Shown here in pieces: positions 10,000-21,795 of a stretch of 64,000 nt of DNA. The notes beneath the pieces were generated by a model. The model was not told the origin of the DNA. It searched no databases and worked only from the letters and a program-made list of their open reading frames with translations. This stretch comes from an uncultured Hormoscilla sp. (GTDB taxonomy: Bacteria > Cyanobacteriota > Cyanobacteriia > Cyanobacteriales > Desertifilaceae). Each line of letters opens with the position of its first letter. The stretch's first letter is position 1. The stretch lies in assembly GCA_963921275.4 (NCBI GenBank), contig OZ001293.3:1568001-1632000 (forward strand), in the 5' to 3' direction. The translations under genes were made by a program, and so were the position numbers.

Positions 10000-12900
10000 A
10001 TGAGCAAGGACATAAAACAACTTAGCAACCCTTTTTCTACCGGAGGGGGTGGCCCACATTTTGAGGCCCATGTTCAAGCAACGTTTGTTGCGCTGATGCT
10101 GACTGGTGGATATGCACCATGCTTGCCATGTTGGCCGATTAAGAAAATCAGGTTGCAAGGTAAATCGGCAGGCTATAACACAGATGATGTAATCGTTTTT
10201 GTTGAAAATCCTGGTACAGGAGAACAAAGCAAGCTCCTCGGTCAAATCAAACGCTCGATCAACATCACTAAGAATGACGATACTTTTGGTGAAGTCATAA
10301 AGGCTGCTTGGGACGACTTCAATAATCCAGAAGTGTTTATTAAAGGTCGAGATAGATTTGCTCTAATAACTGGGCCATTAAATGTAACAGACACCAAGGA
10401 TACTCGTACAGTTTTGGAATGGGCTCGGTCGTTAGATAACGCTGATGAATTCTTCAAAAATATATATCTGGCTAAAGTCAGCAATGATGGCAAACGTACA
10501 AAACTAGAGGCATTTAAGACAAACATCAAGAAGGCAAACGACGACAATGATGTAGAAGACAAAACTATTTATGCTTTTTTAAAGCACTTCCATCTGTTAG
10601 GGTTTGATCTGGATATAAAATCAAACGTAACCCTCGCACTAATGCATTCATTGATCGGTCAGTATTCCAGGGATAATGCAGCTTATATTTGGACACAATT
10701 AGTTGATGAAGTGCAATCGACCAATAAGAATGCGGGAACAATCACCCCTGAAAAACTTCCCGAAGACTTGAAGGAAGCATTCAAGCAACCAGCCTTTGCG
10801 CAGATTCCTACAGAACTTACCGTGCCCCCGTCTGAAACAGCGGAAACAGACTGGAGTCAGCATCAATATGCCAATGCTCTTGCTTTGGCGAATTTAGTTG
10901 GTGCATGGCACGATCAAAATGAGGCAGACATCTTAATTATGAGCCAAATAATCACTGAAAATTACTCAAATTGGATCACAAAAATTATAGATGTTATTCA
11001 GGCTTATGACAGTCCAATTTCGCTTCAAAACGGAATCTGGAAGATTGAGAAACGCAGCAGTCTGTGGACTGCATTAGGTTCGCGTATTTTCGACGAACAT
11101 CTGGATACTTTCAAAAAATTGATTGTTGCGATACTAACCGAACGCAATCCATATTTTGACCTTCCCACAGAAGAACTATATGCGGCGATCTTTGATGAAA
11201 AAGTGCTGACGCATTCGCCAGCTCTGCGAAAAGGTCTGGCAGAAGGTCTAGCCCTACTCGGCAGCAGAGCTAGCGAGTTAATCAACTGCTCGCATGGTAA
11301 AGCAGAGAGCACGGCTGTTATGGCTATTCATGAAATTCTCGCAGACGCTGATTGGGTACTGTGGGGCAGCTTGAATAGCCTGCTCCCTATATTAGCAGAG
11401 GCAGCTCCAAATGAATTTTTGCATGCAGTAGAAAAAGCGTTGCTTTTATCTCCTTGCCCGTTTGATGAGCTTTTCTCTCGGGAAGGTGATGGCATTACTG
11501 GTGGTAACTATCTGACGGGCCTGCTTTGGGCACTAGAAGGACTCGCATGGGATGAGAAATACTTCGTCCAAGTTTGTCTCGTCCTTGGGGAACTCGCTAG
11601 CCATGATCCAGGAGGAAAGTGGGCAAACAGACCTGCCAACTCACTATCAACTATCTTACTGCCATGGCGCCCGCAAACCATGGCATCAATAAAAAAGCGC
11701 AACGTAGCAGTTCAGACACTCCGTAAAGAGCTGCCAGACATCACTTGGAGACTCATTATCAACCTGTTACCCAATCAGCGACAAACATCAATGGGCTCAC
11801 ATAAGCCTTCATGGCGTAACCCAATACCAGACGATAGGGAACAAGTTGTTACTCACCAGGAATATTGGAAACAAATCTCCTCTTATGCCGAACTTGCTGT
11901 TTCAATGGCAAGTCAGGATAATTCCAGGCTTGGCGAACTTATCGACCATTTCGATAAGCTTCCCAAACCTTCTTTCGATCGCTTGCTTAAAGTATTATCG
12001 TCAGATGCCATTACAGGACTACCAGAAAATGAGCGTTTACCTGTTTGGGACAGACTCACAAAATTCACCTCCGAACACAGGCGTTTTTCTGATGCAAAAT
12101 GGGCGCTGAACTCCGATTTGCTATCTGCCATTGAGGCGGTTTCCAACCAACTGGCCCCATCAAATCCTCTGAACCTGTATCAACATTTATTTTCCGATCG
12201 CGACTGGGAACTTTATGAAAAGAATGTGAATTTGGATGAGCAGAGGAAGAAACTCGACGATCGCCGCCAAAAAGCCATTAGGGAAATATTGAATATAGGT
12301 GGTATAAATTCAGTAGTTGAATTTGCCGAAGCTGTCAATTCGCCGATCGACGTTGGGTATTCTATCGGGTGTATTGCCGATATTGCCGATAGACGCCAAA
12401 TTGATGAAGTTTTACTGCCAGCATACCTGGAAACAGAAAACCGGAAGCTCTCGTTCTTCGCCAGCGGGTATGTCTGGAGCCGTCACTATACCAATGGTTG
12501 GTCGTGGGCAGACAGATTGAACAAGTCGAAATGGAGCGCCAGTCAAATTGGACAGTTTTTGAGCTACCTGCCGTTCACAAAGGAAACCTGGGATCGAACT
12601 GCCGATTGGTTGGGAGAATCACAAGGCGAATACTGGGCAAAAACCAATGCTAATCCCTACCAGGCAAAGGGTGACTTAAGCATCGCCATTGACAAACTTC
12701 TCGAACACGGGAGACCCCACGCCGCAATCAACTGTTTATATATAATGCGCTACCGCAAGCAACCCATCGATGTAGCCCAAATTGTCAATGCTCTTCTTGC
12801 TGCTTTGTCTTCATCAGAGCCATTCTATTCAAAGGATCCATATAAAATAGTCGAACTCGTCAAGATTCTGCAAGAAACTCCCGAGGTAAGTCCGGATGCT

Positions 12901-13565
12901 CTTTTTGTAGAGTGGGCTTATTTGCCGTTGTTAAATCGCCATTGCGGGGCTACCCCAAAACTGCTGGAAAGTCGCCTTGCTGGAGACCCGGATTTTTTCT
13001 GCGAAATCATTCAGTCAATTTACCATTCAAACAAAGGCGGCAAGATCGCCGATGAACCATCCGAAGACAGGAAGGCGATTGCCACAAATGCTTGGCGATT
13101 GCTCCATGAGTGGCGTACCCACCTGGCATGCAATCGGATGGTAGTTTCAAAAATGATGAATTCTCAAGTTGGCTTCAGCGTGTGAAAGAGGTCTGTACCG
13201 AATCAGGGCACCTAGAAGTCGCGCTCACCCATGTAGGACAGGTGCTTATCTATGCCCCAGCTGATGCAGATGAGTTGTGGATCAATCGCACGGTTGCCGA
13301 TGCACTGAATTCTGGGGATTCAGAGGAAATGCGAAACGGTTACTACCTGGGGTTTTTGAACTCACGTGGAGTTTATTGGGTCGATCCTACAGGAAAGCCG
13401 GAACGGGAACTGGCTGAAAAGTACAGAAAAATGGCCCATGAGGTCGAGAATGAAGGATATCAACGCCTTGCTGTCACGCTCAAGGGCCTGTCAGAAGATT
13501 ACGATCGTGAAGCCGAACGTATCGTTGCCGAACATAAAGGTGATGATTATGACAATGAATGTTGA
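10000..13565 (+). pseudogene. ~1190-codon protein with an N-terminal PD-(D/E)xK-like nuclease domain; one frameshift near 13118
   Basis: STGGGGPHFE..TDDVIVF..GQIK head. The 1061-aa ORF (EWRT) continues in another frame as PPGMQ..KGDDYDNEC*. Confidence 0.65.
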
Positions 13566-13829
13566 GCACCATCTGTCGGCAGTTAGTTCAGTTCCTCTTC
13601 TGTCATATCTTTAATGAAATTTTCAGCCAGTTTCCAGATTGATTGACCAACATTATCATTTTTGTTGTCATACTTGACTTATTTAAAATTTAGTCTGACA
13701 GCTTCTTTGAGCTTAATAAATATCAGGTCAATAGTATCAGCTTTAAATTCGCCTATGGCAAGTTCAGGATAATAGGCATTATAGCCAGATTCAGTCTTTT
13801 CCAGCTGTAATGCTGACTCTGTACGACAT
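13561..13829 (-). pseudogene. Degraded paralogue of the 8785-9117 HicB-like antitoxin
   Basis: Shares the upstream and start sequence (actctgtacgacatgataattcggttccttgc). Reads QLEKTESGYNAYYPEL..DMTEEELN*LPTDGAQH with a frameshift and stops. Confidence 0.8.
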
Positions 13830-14138
13830 GATAATTCGGTTCCTTGCTAAACATCGATACTGACATTATAGCTGATCGGCTCGTGCCTTGACAAGGGATA
13901 CTGGTCAGTATCTAGACTTTTTTCAACTCGATATGGAACTGCGGCGAAACCCAACATCAACATAGTATGGTTGGGTTTCGTTCCTGATGCTGTTGGCGAA
14001 ATCCATCTCGAAAGACGAATAAGAGCGTGCTACAAGAACGAGAAATCTTTACTTGGACGATTAGTAATACTCAATGTAAGATGCTTGGTAGCACATTCGC
14101 CAATAGTATCCGTTCCTCAACCCAACCTACAAAAATTA

Positions 14139-14801
14139 CTAGCTTTCCAGAGTCGGTTCAGACGGGGATAGCTTTTGTCCCACCTTTGGTTCAGTCCCGG
14201 CCAGCAACCGTTGGATATTACTGCGGTGCAGCCAGATCACGTACAAACTAGCCGCGATCGCGAACAGTTCGTAAGCCAAAGGTTGACCTAGCAAGAACAT
14301 GATACCCGATAAGGCGATCGCCCCGGCGATGGAGCTGAGGGAGACAATGCGGGAAATAGCCATTCCCACGCCAAACACCACCATAGTTAAGAGTCCCACT
14401 TGCCAGGACATAGCCAGCAAAATCCCCAGACTGGTAGCCACAGACTTACCGCCTTTGAAATTCAGCCAGATGGACTTACTATGACCTAAAATCGCCCCTA
14501 AGCCTGCCAAAGTGACCATCCAAGGCTGCCAGGACGCGATCGCCTGCAGTGGGTCAAAAGCGTAAACCAGATCCACAAGGGCGATCGCGAAGGCACCTTT
14601 AAGCAAATCAACCAACAAAACAGCGATCGCGGTAATTTTTCCCAGAGTCCGGAGCACATTAGTGGCCCCAGTAGAACCGGAACCATGCTCGCAAATATCA
14701 ATACCTTGCAGCCAGCGTCCTGCCAGATAGCCCGTGGGCAGAGATCCTAGCAGATAGGCAAGCAAAAGTAAAACCCCATTGATAGCTAGCCAAAGCGTCA
14801 T
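14139..14801 (-). CDS. plsY: Glycerol-3-phosphate acyltransferase PlsY
   Basis: GSGSTGATN, GHS..FKGGKSVAT and HRSNIQRL motifs. Confidence 0.95.
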   Translation of the reverse strand: MTLWLAINGVLLLLAYLLGSLPTGYLAGRWLQGIDICEHGSGSTGATNVLRTLGKITAIAVLLVDLLKGAFAIALVDLVYAFDPLQAIASWQPWMVTLAGLGAILGHSKSIWLNFKGGKSVATSLGILLAMSWQVGLLTMVVFGVGMAISRIVSLSSIAGAIALSGIMFLLGQPLAYELFAIAASLYVIWLHRSNIQRLLAGTEPKVGQKLSPSEPTLES

Positions 14802-14818
14802 TACTCTTTACTCCATTG

Positions 14819-16069
14819 CTAATAAATCATTGGTGGCGGTGCTTCCGGATCGGCTGCAAAAGCCAACCAGAGAGGAAATTGCAGCATGGACAGACTAACT
14901 TTATTTTCCGACTCATCCACGACAATGAGTGGTAGTTCCCCTTGCTTGTTCAAGCGCTCAGCTTTCACCGCCAAGGGTTCCGGTTCCTCAAACAGCACTA
15001 TACCCCCATCGGAACCAAAATCACTGCGAGAAATGCCCAGGCAATCTTGCAAACCCCGCCGCCATTCTCCCAGTCGTTCCGGCGAGTTTACCAAGATCAG
15101 ACTCCGCAGGTGATCGCCATACAGACTGCGCAACACCGAAATCACCGCCGAAGTAATCAGAATATTTTGCAAGCGACTCCCCATACTCTGCACTGCACCC
15201 TTGCCCCCTTGAGTAAAAAACCAATTCGATACACGTTCGGCATGAATTGGTTCAAAAGTGCGGCGCAACTGCCAAGCTGGACCATAGTAATCTGGTTGGG
15301 TGCAATATTGGTCCAAAATCCGGCGAATTTGCCTCCTTTGTTCCGTAAAACCCTGTGACGCAAACTGCGGACCCTCCGATGCTTCCTGACTGACTCTCCT
15401 GCCATCTGGCCGTACTGCTGGCGCTGTTTGAGGATATTCCGAGCGATCGCTCACCAATTGCAGCTGTTCTGCCGCGCTGGCCAACTCCTGTAAACTCCCC
15501 ACCAGATAGTCCTTAAACCCCTGAATTCTAATTGCCAGATCCTGGGATACCCCGGCAAAACTCGTGCGCATTTCCGATCGGATCCTCTCCGATCGCCTTT
15601 CCAACTGTTCTACATTAATTTGCAGCTTTTTCTTCCGTTGTTCTAACTCACTCACACCCTCTTGCACTAGCTTTCCCATCGCCGCTTGCGTAGATGCGAT
15701 CGCCTCTTGCCAGCGTTTCAATTCCGCTTCCTTAGCAGCTATCTGTTCTGTAAGTTCTCGTTCTTGCCGCTTTAAATCTGCTACTCGTTGCGCCAAACCA
15801 TCTACTTCATCCGACCTTGTCTCGTCAGATGCTTCTGCAGCAACTGCTGACTTTTCTGCTTCTAGGTTTTCGGACGCAGATGCTGGCACATCTGGAGATT
15901 CCACCTCTGTCTCTATCGTCGCTGCTTCTGGTGCTAACTCTTGTCCTTCACTATTGGGATCTCCCTCAGATGCTGAGTTTTCCTCTGCTGTCACTTGGTT
16001 ATTGTTTGCTTCCTCAACAGCTAAATTTTTATCTTCTTGTTCTGGGCTTGTGGTATGTTCTGAATTCAT
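14819..16069 (-). CDS. DUF3086 family protein
   Basis: EMRTSFAGVSQDLAIRIQGFKDYLVGSLQ and PDYYGPAWQLRRTFE; synteny with plsY. Confidence 0.9.
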   Translation of the reverse strand: MNSEHTTSPEQEDKNLAVEEANNNQVTAEENSASEGDPNSEGQELAPEAATIETEVESPDVPASASENLEAEKSAVAAEASDETRSDEVDGLAQRVADLKRQERELTEQIAAKEAELKRWQEAIASTQAAMGKLVQEGVSELEQRKKKLQINVEQLERRSERIRSEMRTSFAGVSQDLAIRIQGFKDYLVGSLQELASAAEQLQLVSDRSEYPQTAPAVRPDGRRVSQEASEGPQFASQGFTEQRRQIRRILDQYCTQPDYYGPAWQLRRTFEPIHAERVSNWFFTQGGKGAVQSMGSRLQNILITSAVISVLRSLYGDHLRSLILVNSPERLGEWRRGLQDCLGISRSDFGSDGGIVLFEEPEPLAVKAERLNKQGELPLIVVDESENKVSLSMLQFPLWLAFAADPEAPPPMIY

Positions 16070-16137
16070 CTGGTAACTTGCGACTAACGACTATACTCCG
16101 AACGGTCATAAACTGCGCTTTTTGGGACAGTTAATAA

Positions 16138-16299
16138 TGTCATTGCGAGGGGAGGGAGATAATTGAGAGATCCTTGTGTTCCCTGAGTAACTCCCCCCGA
16201 AGCAATCTTCGGCAGTCCTGTTCTTTGGGAGATTGCTTCGGGGGGTCTTCCTGTTGTGCTGACCGCAGTTACTGCTGCCATAGCCCCCTCGCAATGACA
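16138..16299. repeat. REP-like palindromic element
   Basis: TGTCATTGCGAGGGG...CCCCTCGCAATGACA outer inverted repeat; CCCCCGAAGCAATCT...AGATTGCTTCGGGGG inner inverted repeat. Confidence 0.8.
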
Positions 16300-16375
16300 C
16301 CAACAATGCCTCTTTCGCGCAAGTCGATCCCTTTCAAAGTATAACAAATAATAGCATATCCTAAAATTACTCTCC

Positions 16376-17243
<868 letters not shown>

Positions 17244-17252
17244 AATCCAATA

Positions 17253-17657
17253 CTATAACTCATTGATGCTTGACTTTAATGGATAGCGTTGTTCCAGACA
17301 AGTCCTCAGCATCTTGGGGTCAAACAGAATCGGCAAAAAGTGGATACTCTTGACCTCCTTAAAATAAAACAGGATGGGCACCGGATTCCAGAAAATCCGC
17401 CAGTTCTGCCAATCGCTGTAGGGAAAGCTTCGCAATTTAGTCGAGGTCAGGTAAACTTCCATTGCCTTGGGCGTGAATACCAGGCGGATCCTGGCCGTCT
17501 GAAACATTAAGAATAACCCCAACAGGGCGATCGGCAAGCTCAACCATACTTGTACCAATGCCAGGGCCGGGGCAGCAACTACCAACACCAAAGGCAGCTT
17601 ATAGCTAGGAGTTAGTTCAATTGTCTCAGTTGATTCAATAGTAGCAGTAGTAGTCAC
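17253..17657 (-). CDS. DUF3119 family protein
   Basis: FLMFQTARIRL..FPYSDWQNWRIFW..FKEVKSIHFLPILFD. Confidence 0.9.
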   Translation of the reverse strand: MTTTATIESTETIELTPSYKLPLVLVVAAPALALVQVWLSLPIALLGLFLMFQTARIRLVFTPKAMEVYLTSTKLRSFPYSDWQNWRIFWNPVPILFYFKEVKSIHFLPILFDPKMLRTCLEQRYPLKSSINEL

Positions 17658-17732
17658 GGGCTTAATTCCTTTCTTTATTTCTCTAGCGGCTGGGCTGGGG
17701 CGGCTGGGCTGGCCCATAGGGATGGGTTAAGT

Positions 17733-18500
17733 TCAGACATTTCCCAGGGAAGAGGAGCCCAGTCCTTGAAAGAGCAACCAGGAAAGAAAGAAGTTAGCAA
17801 TAAAGATCGCCAACATCGCAGTTACCACAGCCGTTGTGGTAGATTGTCCCACACCCTTGGCTCCACCAGTGGTAGTCAAGCCCCAGCTGCAACCGATCAC
17901 TGCCAGTAAGGCACCGAAGACAACAGCTTTAATCATCGCACTGACAATATCCCAAGGCTGTAGGAAATTACGGACAGAATCTAGAAATAGGGACGAGACG
18001 ATTCTAAAATTAGCGCTTGCCACCAGCAGTCCCCCCGCCAGACCTGTAATCAAGGATAGAATCGTCAACAGCGGCAGCATCAGGCAACATGCTATCACCC
18101 GGGGGATGACTAAGTAATCAACCGGGTCGGTTTTCAGCATATAGAGGGCGTCGATCTGTTCGGTTACCTGCATGGTACCGATTTCCGCCGCAAAGGCCGA
18201 ACCGACCCGGCCCGCTAACACCACTGCTGTGAGTACCGGTGCTAGTTCTCGGGCTAAGGCCAGGGCCAGAACCCCGCCCACCGCCGCCGTCGCGCCAAAG
18301 TTGATAAATTCTCGTGCTACCTGAATGGTAAACACCATGCCCACAGAGCCCATCGTCATCAGAGTGATCGACAAGCTCGCCGGACCTACCAATGCCATTT
18401 GTTCCAGGGTGTTGCGGCGGTTAATCTTACCGGCAAATATATGCACTAGCACTTGTCCTGCCAATAAAACCGCCGCTAGTAACCGCTTACCCCATGCCAT
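17733..18500 (-). CDS. mlaE: MlaE/TGD1-type lipid ABC transporter permease
   Basis: RELAPVLTAVVLAGRVGSAFAAEIGTMQVTEQIDAL. Confidence 0.92.
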   Translation of the reverse strand: MAWGKRLLAAVLLAGQVLVHIFAGKINRRNTLEQMALVGPASLSITLMTMGSVGMVFTIQVAREFINFGATAAVGGVLALALARELAPVLTAVVLAGRVGSAFAAEIGTMQVTEQIDALYMLKTDPVDYLVIPRVIACCLMLPLLTILSLITGLAGGLLVASANFRIVSSLFLDSVRNFLQPWDIVSAMIKAVVFGALLAVIGCSWGLTTTGGAKGVGQSTTTAVVTAMLAIFIANFFLSWLLFQGLGSSSLGNV

Positions 18501-18810
18501 AAGCTACAACTCCATTTTCCCGCTCGGCTCGATCGGCTGTTTGGGCTCGATCGCCTTGGTCTATCATAGCGCTCTTATTTACGTTCTGTAATATTCTATC
18601 ATTTTTTACTCATTAGCAAAAATATCCTTATTTTGACTCTCAAGGTAAAAATATTAAAATTTTGCTACATATCTTCACAAAGATTTGGTAAGTAAAATTT
18701 AAGATTTATAAACTCTCGGTAATGGTATGGCATTGAGGCGTATGGTAGAGAAACGGGTGCAGCAAGTGACCTGCATCCAGAATAGTCAATTTAACTGGAG
18801 TAACATAGAA

Positions 18811-19104
18811 ATGAGCAGCTTGCCGGTTTTTATCCGCTCCCTGCTGTTGACAACTGTCCTCAGTTTTGTCGCCCCCCTGGTGTTAATTAGTGGCATAATG
18901 GTAAGTATATTCCTGAGTGGTTATCTGCCGGGCATGGCAGGAATCTCTCAAGCGGGGGCAACAATAGTCTGGAATTTTTTGGCGACCTTCGGCAGTGGAT
19001 GTCCCATGGAAGGACTGGTGACGATCGGTCTGGCCTGTAGTTTTGTGGGAGCCTTGTTTGATACCTACGCTTTCTATCGCAATCAAATCCTCCATGGCAA
19101 TTAA
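18811..19104 (+). CDS. Small conserved membrane protein
   Basis: Hydrophobic helices; FGSG..VGALFDTYAFY. Confidence 0.7.
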   Translation: MSSLPVFIRSLLLTTVLSFVAPLVLISGIMVSIFLSGYLPGMAGISQAGATIVWNFLATFGSGCPMEGLVTIGLACSFVGALFDTYAFYRNQILHGN

Positions 19105-19619
19105 CGTGGCACCAAATAGGGTATTGGCCATGATATTTGGGGTCGAGTTGGCCCCAAATTTGTGCTCCGATCCTAGAGTGAGGAGTAATTCTTATGGGAG
19201 ATAAAAAGAGCAGACCTGTGTTGAGATTGAGATCGTGGTGGTCCTTGCTAGCGCTCGTCATGTTGTTGGCTTGGGGAACTCTCCCCACAACGACGAGCAC
19301 CCGGTTACCGTTCGGCCTGGGATTGCAAAATTCGACAGATCCAACAGCCGATCGCATCGGCCAGGATCTGGAACGAATAGAAAAGCAAGTCCGAGAATTC
19401 ACTCTGGACAATGGGTTAAAATTCATTGTCATGGAACGCCATCAAGCGCCAATTATATCATTCATTACCTATGTAAATGTCGGGTGTGTGAATGAACCAG
19501 TTGGGAAAACGAGGGTGGCTCACTATTTAGATCATTTAGCTTTCAAAGGTACTACTCGCATCGGCACCAAATATTACGCAGCCGAAAAACCTCTACTAAT
19601 TAAACTGGATCGATTATTC

Positions 19620-21795
19620 GTTGGTGTCTTTAGTTTTTCGCCACCTTTGAGCGGTTGTGTAAGGCATGATCTCGTTGGACGACAAGGAAGAATAACGTCA
19701 GATAGCTGTGCTCATTCGGGAAAGCTCCTATTTCATCAGACTTCCTGGGAAACTTTCCAAGCGTTCGAGTAAGTTAGAGGTTCTCATCCTACAATGTAAC
19801 TCAGGCGCCAATTGGTAGAAAGTCAAGGTCAACTCAAGAGCTCTCTGGAACCTTTGCACTGCCTTATATTCCAGAACTTCCCACTTCAGGAAAAACGCTG
19901 CCAAGCGCTGTTGTGCTTCCTGTGAGCGAGGGCGCAGCGTAAAGAGCATAAGCATCATTTTGAAGAGGATAACGACGCTGTTGTTTGGCTTGGGAGTGAG
20001 TTAGCTGTTGTCCCATCTCATCATGTTCGGGGAGTTGTTGATAGCTCAGATCGTCTTGGAGCCGTCCCACAAGGTGGGTGATGCATCGCTGTTGCTTGGC
20101 CTTGGGCAGATGTTTGGTCATGGCAGCAGGCAAACCTAAAGTCCCATCACTCACAACTACTTCAACAATTTCTGCTTGCAGACCCCATGCCATTAAGTTT
20201 TATATGAAGTTTTCCCAGGCCAGGATGTCAAGACAGTTGGGCAATTTCGTAATGTATAAGTTGGTAGCTGCCATCTGGCCAGACAGCCATCGCCGCCAAA
20301 ATTACACGCTCTTGAGCTTGCCCCATCTGGCGGAGATGTCCTGCAGGGTCTACTTTGGATGGGGTCGAGCCGGGAATCGCTTCCCGACCCTCCCTTGAGG
20401 AACCGGACTTGCGATTTTCACCGCATCCGGCTACTGGGTACTAGGCCCTTTTCATAGGTAGACTTAATAGGAATTACTTCCGTTAGCCCTTGCCGCCTGT
20501 CTTTTCTTCCCTTTCCTGGTTTAGCGAGTGGTTGTTCTGATAACCGTTAGTATCACCATTTTCAAGTCAGTTTTACCAGTTATCCATACCTTATCCTCCA
20601 CTTGCGTTTCGGATTAGTTCCGTGGCTTTTTAGGATTACTCATTCCAGCAGCTTCCTAGTATCACCGACCCACGTCAGCGCTGGCTACCCAGCATCATCT
20701 ACATTACTGTAGATGTTATCCCAGGAATTACCCCGGGCATTCGCTTCTTGGGCCATCCCTCCCCCCGTGGCTTGCGCTTAACATCTAACTTGTCCTGATG
20801 GACAGCACACGAGAGGTTACTTCGTTCCCTAACAACATTTCGCGATACCTTTAGGTCCACACTATACCCCGGGAGCTATTTGAGTACTATATTAGCCAGA
20901 GTCTAAAACTAATACTAGCTACCATTTCCTTTTTAGGCCAGCGCATATAGCCTTATTTCGCTGGTTCCTTATAACGAGGCTTGCACATGTTTGCCTGCTC
21001 TAACCTTGGATATCTTTCCTAGCGGCGTCACCGGCTTAGGCTGCCAGTTATCCTACATTTGAGTCCTCGCTTAGCACCACGATGATGTCGCTTCGTAGCA
21101 CCGAGGACCGGTGTCACCCCCGTACCTGGGGGGAGGGGAATTTAACCCCCATGCGGTCAGAGTTCCCGGCTAATGAAACCGGGCTAGCGTTCCGTGTTTG
21201 ACCACGTTAGGCTAGAACGAATCGCACAAACTCTTCAAGGGTATATTGGATGTCCACCCAGACCCCATCTACAATCAAGATGGGGGGCGTCTTCTCAATC
21301 ACCGATTGACGATGTTTATCCATTTGCTGTTGAGCTTGTAAAGTAATAGGATTGATGGCACTCACAGATAGGACACTGCCCAGAAGAGGATAAAGTGCCT
21401 CTTGCAAGTCCCTGAAGGATAAACCCATCACATACAGACATAACCCCAAGTGAGCGAGATTCTACCTAGTAACCACAGCTTATGTGCGAGCATCACAAAT
21501 TTATTAAATTGACGCCGCAACTTTTTTCAATCGAGGACATTTAGGCATTCTGAGAACAACATTTTCACTCCTAGGGCGAGAAACCGTGATTCTTTCGTAG
21601 AAAGTTGCACCGAAGCGTTAAATTGATATACTGCTGTGGGAGAGCCCTCACTGCAGGCTATCGGGCCAAATCGCCAGAACCATTGAACCATAAGGGTTGA
21701 GCACCAGAATAGCCATTTTTCGATGTGTAATTTAAATGCGCGACAGCTTACTCCCATTAACAAAGGTAAGGTGGCGAAGAATTCCAGACACCAAT
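19620..21795 (-). mobile_element. Degraded IS256-family-like element
   Basis: Imperfect TIRs TTGGTGTCT-N7-TTCGCCACCTT; 8-bp target duplication GATTATTC (19612-19619 / 21796-21803); transposase fragments GLSFRDLQEAL, ILIVDGVWV, VVSDG, QRCITH and RTSNLLER. Confidence 0.85.
20357..21227 (-). mobile_element. ORF-less group II intron (intron 2, 871 nt) inside the IS256-like transposase
   Basis: 5' GTGCGATTCGTTCTAG; domain V AGCCGGATGCGGTGAAAATCGCAAGTCCGGTT. Removing it restores ..TLEEF|KVDPAGH.. Confidence 0.92.
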
